A DNA stretch of 29,737 nt from Flavobacteriales bacterium (GCA_028825055.1 JAPKAW010000001.1:1-29737); one strand, 5' to 3'; shown: positions 8,921 to 17,066, counted from the stretch's first letter. Notes: generated from the sequence alone by a model not told the origin. Translations and numbers: made by a program.

Positions 8921-9073
8921 CACTCAATTAAACATACGCTATCGGCTTTGCAGGAATCGTCTGAGTCTGCTCCACTCGAACCAAAATCGTAAAGAAAGAA
9001 AGCATTCATTTCTTGCCTGATACTACGCCGACGCTGAGCCGTTAGAAGCGGGGTATTGAGATGAGTTTCCCCG

Positions 9074-10120
9074 TTAGTCACATAAGTCGTCATTGTTCAC
9101 ATCATAGCATGGGCAGTTTGTGCAGCCAACGATATTAGCTCCAGTCAATGTCGCACCTATATGCCAAGGATTACTTTGGTCAGGATAGGAATCATCTGAG
9201 AAGGTTGCGCCAGCGAGGATCGCACCACTCAAGTTGGCATTAGCTAGGTTTGTGCCACTGAAATCCCCGTCAGTAAAGTCGCCATTTGAGAGATCAGCGT
9301 ACATTAAATACGCATCAGAGAAATCGACACCATGTAGAGTGGCGTCGACGAGATCCGCACCGACTAAGTTGGCTCCTGATAAATCGATATCAGGGGCGTC
9401 CATTCCAGACGCGATATCATGGCCTTTAACTTCTTTAGGCCAAGTATAGAATCTTTTATTTAAAAAATGCATTGGGCCAAAATCTGTATATATAGGATCA
9501 CCTTCATAGTGGTAATCTGGTTCAGTATTCAGGGTAGATTTGGTGAGGCCTGACAAACCACCAAGGAAGTAACCGTCTAGAAATGCTGCTTTATCCGTGA
9601 ACTGTCCGTTTGGATATCCTAAATCGCCATCGATTACGTTAGCCCATTCTCCCATATATGTAATGTTTGCTTCGAGGTTTTCCCAACCTATAGAAACGGC
9701 GGTGCCATTAGATAAATTCATTATAGCTTGGTCAATCGCACTCATCACACTATTTAATGCCGGAATTCCAACATTGACAAGTTGTTTTAAACTCTCAGTT
9801 CCTGGGCTATTTAGGAGGCCGGCAAACCTATGCCACATGTAATCGTTGCAGAGTGATACTGAGTCGCTGATTAGTCTCATTTTTATGAGCTCAATGTCCT
9901 GAAAATCTTGGTTCGCTGCTAAGAATGTGAGTTCAGATTCTAGGCTATCTGTGTAAGCCTGAAGCGTTGAGATCTCAGCTTGCATAGTGTGTATTGTGGA
10001 TGCTAAACTTGAGAGATTCAAATTTATGTTTACCACACTTCCAGTAAGTGTGGTATCTATTATCTGTGCTCCAGCGTTCAATCCGGCCAGGAGAGCTACT
10101 AAGGTTACGATATACTTCAT
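9074..10120 (-). CDS. Secreted pentapeptide-repeat protein with N-terminal coiled coil and C-terminal Cys/Asp motif
   Basis: Signal peptide (AGA|Q); heptad-like STIHTMQAEISTLQAYTDSLESEL; about 13 A(D/N)LxG-type pentapeptides (IDLSG ANLVG ADLVD ... ANLSG AILAG); ends CTNCPCYDVNNDDLCD. Confidence 0.8.
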   Translation of the reverse strand: MKYIVTLVALLAGLNAGAQIIDTTLTGSVVNINLNLSSLASTIHTMQAEISTLQAYTDSLESELTFLAANQDFQDIELIKMRLISDSVSLCNDYMWHRFAGLLNSPGTESLKQLVNVGIPALNSVMSAIDQAIMNLSNGTAVSIGWENLEANITYMGEWANVIDGDLGYPNGQFTDKAAFLDGYFLGGLSGLTKSTLNTEPDYHYEGDPIYTDFGPMHFLNKRFYTWPKEVKGHDIASGMDAPDIDLSGANLVGADLVDATLHGVDFSDAYLMYADLSNGDFTDGDFSGTNLANANLSGAILAGATFSDDSYPDQSNPWHIGATLTGANIVGCTNCPCYDVNNDDLCD

Positions 10121-10207
10121 TACACTCTATTTGATAATAAAAATACGACATTAATCGTAGATTTATCTACTTTAATCGAAATACATGATTGGATTTTTTG
10201 ATTAAAA

Positions 10208-10246
10208 CAAAAAAGCCTGCAAATCAGTGATTTACAAGCTTCTTTG
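10208..10246 (-). terminator. Long hairpin directly 3' of the tRNA (terminator and/or element-end palindrome)
   Basis: Minus strand CAAAGAAGCTTGTAAATC-ACT-GATTTGCAGGCTTTTTTG: 18-bp stem with three G-U pairs and an AAATCAnTGATTT core. Confidence 0.65.
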
Positions 10247-10320
10247 TGACCCCGGGAGGGTTCGAACCTCCAACCATCAGAGCCGAAATCTGATATTCTA
10301 TCCAGTTGAACTACGGGGCC
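10247..10320 (-). tRNA. tRNA-Arg (anticodon UCG), CCA not encoded
   Basis: GGCCCCGTAGTTCAACTGGATAGAATATCAGATTTCGGCTCTGATGGTTGGAGGTTCGAACCCTCCCGGGGTCA folds as a cloverleaf: acceptor GGCCCCG/CGGGGTC, anticodon stem TCAGA/TCTGA with loop TTTCGGC, T-loop GTTCGAA. Confidence 0.95.
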
Positions 10321-10329
10321 AATCGGGCG

Positions 10330-10337
10330 CAAAAGTA
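10330..10337 (-). promoter_or_regulatory. Bacteroidota -7 promoter box for the tRNA
   Basis: Minus strand TACTTTTG matches the TAnnTTTG consensus, ending about 10 nt upstream of the mature tRNA 5' end. Confidence 0.6.
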
Positions 10338-10451
10338 GCGGTTTTATTACAAACCTGAAACAACGTGCGGTGAAGTTAATCTGTGAAGCCTCTATTGCGG
10401 GTTTATCGGGTCCAAAATGGCCTTGTTTGATGCTATCGCAGTGAACGGCCG

Positions 10452-12134
10452 TTAATGCAATACAACCATACGCTGAACTCCGATTCCTCGCTCGGAGTGA
10501 ACCTGCATGAAGTAGGTGCCCATGGCCAAGTGTGATAGGTCGATCTGAGTCTGTTTGTCTACAATGTGACGAGCAAAAACGTGGCGCCCGCTGAAGTCAA
10601 ACAAGGACACATCGACACCTTCCCATTGCTCTAACAGCAAAAGTACCGTACCGCTGGTAGGGTTTGGGTAGAGTGAAAACTCCAAGGCCACTTCCTTTCC
10701 GAGTCCGACATCGGGAACGCAGATTTCGAGCGGTATAGGGTTGACCTCAATGACCGTTCCGGAGGCGAAGTCGATGTCTTCAAAAGCAGGGAAATTTGAA
10801 GGATAGCGTTCCGCTCTAAAGGTGAGATTCTGATTCAGGCTCAATTCGACACCTTGCTCCACAGGAGCGCCGCCCAATAGAGGCGTACGGTATTGCCAAG
10901 CCAACTCCGCGTCTTCTGTCAGTTCAAAAATCTCGCCGGTACGACCGCTACAAATTAGGTTATTTCCATTGCCCAAACGCTGAAAGGAACTCAAGCCACT
11001 GCTGTTCAATCCGGGCTGTGTGTAGGTCCATTCAAATGTTTCAGGTCCCCAACGGCCAGTTGTTTCGTCAAATTCGTACCCTCCTTCGTATTCGTCAAAG
11101 ATGGGGTTGATGATGGCCACTTCACTGTGCGTGCCAATACTGTCGGGTACGCGATTGTTGAAGACGAAAAACTTGACGAAATCAGGATTTCCAGGTTCCA
11201 CAGACGGGCCATTGCCCCAATGGATGTCGTGTTGGTAGAAGAGCTTTTGATCGGTGCTGTCTCCACGGTCGTAGGCAAGCGGATTGCCCCAACGCCAAAT
11301 TAAATCGTCGCTAAACGACCAATCGTGCCAGATGGTCCACACTTCATTGAAGGTGGGAATGCTCACTACAATTTGTCCGGCACTATCATAAAATGGATAG
11401 TAGTCTATGGAATTCATGTGGAGCCAATCGGCAGGTTGACTGCTGACTGATCCGAAGTTGACGTCGATTTTATTTTGATGATCAGCGATAACGCCAAAGT
11501 TCAGTTTCGTGCTGTCAAAATCCTGGACCAAATGATCCCAAGCCCGCCATTCCCAAATAACATCGGCACCACCATTTCCATTGGGTTGCAACTCAATGAG
11601 TTTGTCACTCCAAAGCACGCCCGCCTCCAGCAATTCCGGGTTTCGTCCATTTTCGATACATTCCAAGCTATCGATGGCTTCCCAACAAATCGCGATGACA
11701 TTTCCGGTTGGAGTCACGGTCATATCGTGATGAAGGCGTAGAGAATTACTGCTGGTCGTGAAGCTCCAGATTACTTCATTGTCCCACGTGCGGCGCTCGA
11801 TGGTCTCACCAGCTCCGCCAGCCCAAATGGTAGCATCTCCTGCGGAAGCAGGACGTGAGGTGATGATGATGTCCCCGTTGGGCTGCAAGTAACTGGTATT
11901 TCCTGGCCGTCTGAGGGAGTCCATTTCCCATTGATGAACGACTTCGCCACATCCATTGAGCAACATGGCTCTATGCTGGTTGTGCGGATAAATTAGCGTG
12001 TATCCATCCGTGAACAAATCGGGATTGTAGGCAATGGTGCCAACGGTGTTTTGACCGTGCACCCCTACCAATACGAGGCACATGGAAAGCAATAGAAAAG
12101 CAGGTCGTAAGGAGGTGTTTGGGCACATTATCAT
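10452..12134 (-). CDS. Arylsulfotransferase (ASST)-like beta-propeller protein with T9SS type-A C-terminal domain (paralog B)
   Basis: LHHD, DWLHMNSI, YQHDIHW, RWGNP.AY and FQRLGNGN motifs; LYPNPTSG...LAMGTYF tail. Start set at ATG 12134, which overlaps the upstream TGA (ATGA). Confidence 0.8.
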   Translation of the reverse strand: MIMCPNTSLRPAFLLLSMCLVLVGVHGQNTVGTIAYNPDLFTDGYTLIYPHNQHRAMLLNGCGEVVHQWEMDSLRRPGNTSYLQPNGDIIITSRPASAGDATIWAGGAGETIERRTWDNEVIWSFTTSSNSLRLHHDMTVTPTGNVIAICWEAIDSLECIENGRNPELLEAGVLWSDKLIELQPNGNGGADVIWEWRAWDHLVQDFDSTKLNFGVIADHQNKIDVNFGSVSSQPADWLHMNSIDYYPFYDSAGQIVVSIPTFNEVWTIWHDWSFSDDLIWRWGNPLAYDRGDSTDQKLFYQHDIHWGNGPSVEPGNPDFVKFFVFNNRVPDSIGTHSEVAIINPIFDEYEGGYEFDETTGRWGPETFEWTYTQPGLNSSGLSSFQRLGNGNNLICSGRTGEIFELTEDAELAWQYRTPLLGGAPVEQGVELSLNQNLTFRAERYPSNFPAFEDIDFASGTVIEVNPIPLEICVPDVGLGKEVALEFSLYPNPTSGTVLLLLEQWEGVDVSLFDFSGRHVFARHIVDKQTQIDLSHLAMGTYFMQVHSERGIGVQRMVVLH

Positions 12135-13810
12135 AGTTTCAAAATTACGGTACTCCCAAAGATTCCCCAAGCATCCTCCCAACGCAAAATATAACTCCCC
12201 GCAGGAAGATGTCCCCAAGCGAAAACCGTGATTCCGTGAATGGTTTCGTGCATCAATGGCCGTCCCATTGCATCGAACAGGTCAATGTCAATTGGACGGT
12301 TTGCTTGAAAATGAAATTGATCTGAAAAAGGAGTAGGGCCGAATGAAACCATGGGAGAAAGAGCGTCATTCGGCAAGTCAGTCCCTTCTGATGTGGTCGT
12401 GCAATCTGACGGGTACGGAGCCAATTCGACCGGTTCTCCGGGAGTGAGGTCTCTTCCTACCAAACCAGGGTAGTCGGGGCCGTAGCGGTAAGCTCTGAAT
12501 GTGCCGTTTTCTATGGGTTCATTGCCTTGAGTGTTGGGGCCGAATTGGCTGGTCGCGGTGATGTATTCCCAAACCTTTTCCCCTGTGGCAGTCACTTCGA
12601 ATAGCTTGCCATCGTCCCCTTCGCAAACAAGGGTGTTCCCATTGGGTAAGCGCTGTGCACCGCTGATAAATGAACTGTAAAAATCGGGATCCAATACGGC
12701 GGGGTATGTCCAGTCAAAGTCAGAAGGGCCAAAGGCCTCCTCTTCGAGTAGCAGATACGTTCCGTTATCTAACAGGGGCAATGTCAATTCATCCACTGAA
12801 CTGCGGGGTCCACCCGGACGGCTCACTCCGTTGTTGAATAGAAGCACGGTGGATGAGTTGGATTCGCTAGCCCCACCTTCTTCGTAGTGAATCCAATGGG
12901 GGTCATGTTGACCGAACAGTTGACGATCCTCTGCCTCTCCTCGACCATATGCCTCGGGGTTCCCCCAGCGGTACAACACATCACCTCCTTGCCCTGCGGC
13001 CCCTCCCGATGAGCTGGTCGCTTCGTCCGAAGTGGTGCTGTGATCGATGATGTAAAACTCATTCCAGCGTCGGCTATTCAGCATGATTTGATCCAGTGTC
13101 TCATTGTAATGGATGGCATTGCAATGGAACCAATCACCGCTGTTTTGGCTCATCGGTCCTCCACCTCCAGGGCTCTCGTAATTGATGTCGAAACGGTGGG
13201 GGAAATCAGCGGGCTCTCCATAGTTCGGTAAGTTTGGATCAACATTTTGAATGAGATGATCCCAGGCATGCCATTCCCAAACAATGTTTCCTTCACTCGT
13301 ACCGACGGGCTCAATTTCTACAATCTGAGGTGGCCAGAGGGGTGAATCTCCCACGCGACCGAGCGTCTGCGCCTCCTCATTGGAATGGAATTCCCACGCA
13401 ATCAATAGGATATTGCCATTGGGCAAAACCGCCATGTCATGATGATGGTGGGCTTCCTCCGATGCGTAATCGAAGGACCATTCGAGCACGCCATCCCAAG
13501 AAAACCTTTCCAGTCTTCCACCTATGCCTCCTCCAAAGAAGACCGAGCCGCTTAGACGTGCGGTCCGCAATAGCGAGCCATCCTCCAAGAGGTAAGAAGA
13601 TTCTCCCATCCTGTAATCACTTTCCCATTGGTTTACCACCCTTCCGCAATTGTCAATCAAATGACTTTGCGTAGCGGAGTTTGCAGACACGAGTGTGTAC
13701 CCATCAAATGATTCAGGAGTGTTCTGAATGAGTCCAATCGTGGGTGTTTGGGCCAATCCACTTGTGAGAAAGGCTCCCAATAAAAGGATCAATATGGTGA
13801 TGTTTCGCAT
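12131..13810 (-). CDS. Arylsulfotransferase (ASST)-like beta-propeller protein with T9SS type-A C-terminal domain (paralog A)
   Basis: Signal peptide; HHHHD, DWFHCNAI, NSRR, GQHDPHW and SGAQRLPNGNTLVCEG motifs; GPTPFSD...FDAMGR...LPAGSYIL tail. Confidence 0.85.
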   Translation of the reverse strand: MRNITILILLLGAFLTSGLAQTPTIGLIQNTPESFDGYTLVSANSATQSHLIDNCGRVVNQWESDYRMGESSYLLEDGSLLRTARLSGSVFFGGGIGGRLERFSWDGVLEWSFDYASEEAHHHHDMAVLPNGNILLIAWEFHSNEEAQTLGRVGDSPLWPPQIVEIEPVGTSEGNIVWEWHAWDHLIQNVDPNLPNYGEPADFPHRFDINYESPGGGGPMSQNSGDWFHCNAIHYNETLDQIMLNSRRWNEFYIIDHSTTSDEATSSSGGAAGQGGDVLYRWGNPEAYGRGEAEDRQLFGQHDPHWIHYEEGGASESNSSTVLLFNNGVSRPGGPRSSVDELTLPLLDNGTYLLLEEEAFGPSDFDWTYPAVLDPDFYSSFISGAQRLPNGNTLVCEGDDGKLFEVTATGEKVWEYITATSQFGPNTQGNEPIENGTFRAYRYGPDYPGLVGRDLTPGEPVELAPYPSDCTTTSEGTDLPNDALSPMVSFGPTPFSDQFHFQANRPIDIDLFDAMGRPLMHETIHGITVFAWGHLPAGSYILRWEDAWGIFGSTVILKL

Positions 13811-13977
13811 TCAGATTGAAATTGGCGTTTTCGGTGTGTTTTACCGGATTCAAAATAAAATAAAATTCGTTTTTAATCTAATATCCGAAGCGTTTCGAAA
13901 TTTAATTTATTTCAAATGATGTCCACGCTTAAAGGCCAGAGATTCTCGCATCGGCGGTATTTTGTAAATTGTCCTCC

Positions 13978-14787
13978 ATGAAGGGTTTTTTATGGAAAGG
14001 CATATTGGGAGTCGCGCTAGCACTAATCTTCAATCCTGTGTTGGCGGATCATTGGGTTTATCAGGACTCAGAACGATCCCCCAGCCAAAAAACGGCCTTG
14101 ATCATCATGAATGGCTTTGGTGGGAGTAAATCTGCCTGCAAAGCGCAATTTGCATTTTGGAAGGAACAAGGGATGGACGTCTTCATTCCAGAAGTTTTGC
14201 TTCGGCCATCGCTCGAGTCGAGCTCGGTTGCCATGGAGAGTTTTATGGATGAATATGGCATTGCGGAGTATGCAGAGGTGCGTTCAATTTGTTACATCGC
14301 AGGGGCATTCTTACTCCATACGTATCTCGAATCGCACGCACTTCCCAATCTCAGATACGTGATTTACGATCGGAGTCCAATCCAAGAGCGGGCGCCACAA
14401 GCTGTGATGGCGGCAATTCCTGTTTTGGGCACTTGGATGAAAGGAAAAGTATTGAAAGACTTAAGCGAAGCAGTGTGGCCGGCCCCCATCGTTTCTCCAG
14501 AGGTTGTGACAGGTCTTTCCATTGAAAACCGGGCAACGGGTCTCATGCGCTGGCTGCAAGATGAAGCGGAGGCGCTCGGTCCGTTTGAATTCGATTGGAA
14601 AAAAATAGACAGAAACGCTTCTGACGCATTTCATGTGGCTTTGGATCATGACATGATGTACACACGATGGGACATCTTAGGCGCACCATTCTTACACTTT
14701 TTTGCGCACGGTGTTTTTCCAGAAGACGTATCGCGTGAACGGTTGACAAACCATCCATTCGATAAAAATCAGCCCATTCCCGAATGA
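13978..14787 (+). CDS. Exported alpha/beta-hydrolase-fold protein with degenerate nucleophile elbow (CYIAG)
   Basis: Signal peptide (VLA|D); IIMNGFGG oxyanion strand, GMDVFIP, ICYIAGAFLL where GxSxG is expected, DRSP, and a late DHD histidine. Start set at ATG 13978. Confidence 0.6.
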   Translation: MKGFLWKGILGVALALIFNPVLADHWVYQDSERSPSQKTALIIMNGFGGSKSACKAQFAFWKEQGMDVFIPEVLLRPSLESSSVAMESFMDEYGIAEYAEVRSICYIAGAFLLHTYLESHALPNLRYVIYDRSPIQERAPQAVMAAIPVLGTWMKGKVLKDLSEAVWPAPIVSPEVVTGLSIENRATGLMRWLQDEAEALGPFEFDWKKIDRNASDAFHVALDHDMMYTRWDILGAPFLHFFAHGVFPEDVSRERLTNHPFDKNQPIPE

Positions 14788-15389
14788 GAATACCTAGTAC
14801 ATATGCGCTCAAGCCGGCATTCCAACGGTTATTGAATCCAGTCGTTGCTTTGTTGCGAAGGGTTGGGGTGACGCCAAATGGATTGACATGGTCAGCCTTG
14901 GTGTTGTCGGGTGTGATGGGTTGGATGTTTGTTCAGGGACAGGAGCAACCGGTATGGTTTTTTGTCATTGTAATGTCTTTGCTGTTGCGCATGATTTTGA
15001 ATGCGTTGGATGGCATGATGGCTCGATCTCATGACATGGCAACCAAAGGCGGCGCCGTTTTGAATGAACTGGGTGATGTGGTCAGTGATGCCTTAGTGAT
15101 GTGGCCCCTAGCGCTAATGTCTGGCTTGCATGCAGGATGGGTAGGTCTTTTATTATGGCTGTCTGCGGTCAACGAATTATCCGGGGTTTTAGGCGGTTGG
15201 CTCAATGGTGAGCGACGCTATGATGGTCCCATGGGCAAAAGTGACCGTACTTTGGCTTGGGGTGTTCTCTGCTTGTTCCTTGGATTTGAAGCCGATGTCA
15301 GCGAGGGCTTGCCGATTGCGCTTTGTGTTGTCTTTTTGTGCTTGATTTGGAGCACGGCCATTCGGATCAAAAAAACGGTCAGATTATGA
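14784..15389 (+). CDS. ynbA: CDP-alcohol phosphatidyltransferase, YnbA-like
   Basis: YALKPAFQ.LL.P N-terminus, RM.LNALDGM.AR, GA.LNE.GD..SD and Y.GP.GKSDR motifs, which I recall from E. coli YnbA; ATGA overlap with the upstream gene. Confidence 0.8.
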   Translation: MRIPSTYALKPAFQRLLNPVVALLRRVGVTPNGLTWSALVLSGVMGWMFVQGQEQPVWFFVIVMSLLLRMILNALDGMMARSHDMATKGGAVLNELGDVVSDALVMWPLALMSGLHAGWVGLLLWLSAVNELSGVLGGWLNGERRYDGPMGKSDRTLAWGVLCLFLGFEADVSEGLPIALCVVFLCLIWSTAIRIKKTVRL

Positions 15390-16342
15390 ATAAGTTAATC
15401 GATGCATGGGGCATGAATGCTGAAGTTCAATGGGTGATTTTCATCATCCTGTGCATCCTCATTTTTAGCTCAACAGCATGGTATATCCTTGGGAAAGTAA
15501 AGCCTTCCAAAATGATCACCGAGCTACAAGTGCGAACACGGTCGTGGTGGATTATGTGTGCATGTTTTATTCTTTCGACCGTTGTACACCCGGTCATTAC
15601 CCACCTCGGTTTGGCATTCTTGAGCTATGCTTTATTGCGTGAAATGTATCCGCTGTTGAAGCTAGATGAAAGAGAACGCAATGTGGTGTTACTCTGTTAT
15701 GCCGTCGTTCCTGTGCAATATGGATTGGCATATTATGGCAAAACGGAAATCTTCCTTGCGTTCATTCCAGTCTTCATGTTTGTGATCATCCCATTTGTTT
15801 TGGTGACTCGAGGAGAAACACAGGGGATTGTTCGTTCCATTTCGCTGCTGCCCTATTCACTTGTTGCGTGGGTATATGGCATGAGTCACCTCGCTTTGTT
15901 GTTCCAAATGCCTGAAATAAAGGGGTTTACTGCCGGTCCTGAGGGGTTGATTTTGTACCTTATTTTCTTGGTGGGAATGAACGACGTCTTGCAATTCGCG
16001 TGGGGTAAAACGTTAGGGAAACACGCGGTATTGCCACGCGTCAGTCCCAATAAAACATGGGAGGGACTCATCGGAGGGGTCTTGTCCACAACGCTCCTTG
16101 CAATAGGCTTGCGCTTTCTGACCCCATTGGGAATTTGGGAAGCGGCGTTCACTGGGTTTTGTGTCGCGGTCGCTGGATTTATGGGAGACGCCATTGCGTC
16201 GGGAATCAAGCGGGACGTTGGAGTCAAGAACTCTGGCAACGCCATCCCCGGTCACGGAGGATACCTGGATCGTTTGGATGGTTTTTCTGCGGCAGCAGCG
16301 CCCTTTTTTCATTTGATCTACTTTTTCTGTAGTGCCAGTTAA
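15386..16342 (+). CDS. ynbB: Phosphatidate cytidylyltransferase, YnbB-like (CdsA paralog)
   Basis: RTRSWW, NDVLQFAWGKTLGK, SPNKTWEG, GFMGD...SGIKRD.GVK and IPGHGG.LDR.D motifs. Start set at ATG 15386 (ATGA overlap). Confidence 0.8.
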   Translation: MNKLIDAWGMNAEVQWVIFIILCILIFSSTAWYILGKVKPSKMITELQVRTRSWWIMCACFILSTVVHPVITHLGLAFLSYALLREMYPLLKLDERERNVVLLCYAVVPVQYGLAYYGKTEIFLAFIPVFMFVIIPFVLVTRGETQGIVRSISLLPYSLVAWVYGMSHLALLFQMPEIKGFTAGPEGLILYLIFLVGMNDVLQFAWGKTLGKHAVLPRVSPNKTWEGLIGGVLSTTLLAIGLRFLTPLGIWEAAFTGFCVAVAGFMGDAIASGIKRDVGVKNSGNAIPGHGGYLDRLDGFSAAAAPFFHLIYFFCSAS

Positions 16343-16363
16343 TGGATCTTTGTTGACTGACCA

Positions 16364-17053
16364 ATGTCGGATTTGAACCACTCTAAAAGGCTAAAACATC
16401 CTTCTCTTGGGAAGCACATCTTTTTCGTGCTGCTTTACAAGGTGTTTTGGCGGATTGTGTTTGGTCTGATCATTGGACTCAAGTACATCAAATTGGACAA
16501 GGCATCTTTGGATGGTCCGGTCATATATGTGGCCAATCACAACAGTCACCTCGACGCAATGGCCCTGATGACTGTGGTGCCCCGTGCCCGAATTCATTTA
16601 ACCCATTCGGTCGCCGCGCAGGATTTTTTTGGATCGGGATTCAAACGTTGGGGCATGCTCCATTTAGTCAACGCGGTGTTGATTTCGAGGAGTCGAAAAG
16701 AAAATGGAGAAGATCCCATTGAACAGCTGGACGCCATGCTTGTCGCGGGCCACAGTCTCATCTTATTCCCTGAAGGAACCCGAGGAGTTCCAGGTTCAAT
16801 GGGGGATTTTAAGCGTGGGGTAGGTCATCTCGCATCCCGCCATCCGGGCATCCCAGTCGTTCCAATTTACTTGGATGGCTTGTACCGCAATTTACCCAAG
16901 GGGCGCAGCATGATCGTGCCATTTGGTGGAAGCCTGCTGGTAGGGAAGCCGTTGGTGTTTTCAAACGAAAGTGTGGATGAGATTACGAATGCCACGCAAG
17001 TAGCCGTTGAGACGATGGCTCATGAATTGAAAAATTCCAATCGCTTGACTTAA
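16364..17053 (+). CDS. Lysophospholipid (1-acyl-sn-glycerol-3-phosphate) acyltransferase, PlsC family
   Basis: NHNSHLD (HX4D) and FPEGTR motifs. Confidence 0.85.
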   Translation: MSDLNHSKRLKHPSLGKHIFFVLLYKVFWRIVFGLIIGLKYIKLDKASLDGPVIYVANHNSHLDAMALMTVVPRARIHLTHSVAAQDFFGSGFKRWGMLHLVNAVLISRSRKENGEDPIEQLDAMLVAGHSLILFPEGTRGVPGSMGDFKRGVGHLASRHPGIPVVPIYLDGLYRNLPKGRSMIVPFGGSLLVGKPLVFSNESVDEITNATQVAVETMAHELKNSNRLT

Positions 17054-17066
17054 CTCACTTGCAGGG

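Larger units (their letters stand above)
8905..10261. mobile_element. tRNA-Arg-integrated mini genomic island (one cargo gene, no integrase)
   Basis: Bounded by the 16-bp direct repeat in the canonical order intact tRNA, cargo, 3'-end copy; appears AT-richer than the flanking host genes. Confidence 0.65.

Noticed and set aside
8787-9020. 77-aa plus-strand ORF spanning the att copy, considered as an integrase or excisionase remnant
   Set aside because: No R-H-R-H-Y or HTH motifs, and it crosses the terminator and att hairpins.
10120-10332. 70-aa minus-strand ORF
   Set aside because: It reads through the tRNA-Arg gene and its hairpin; not a plausible CDS.
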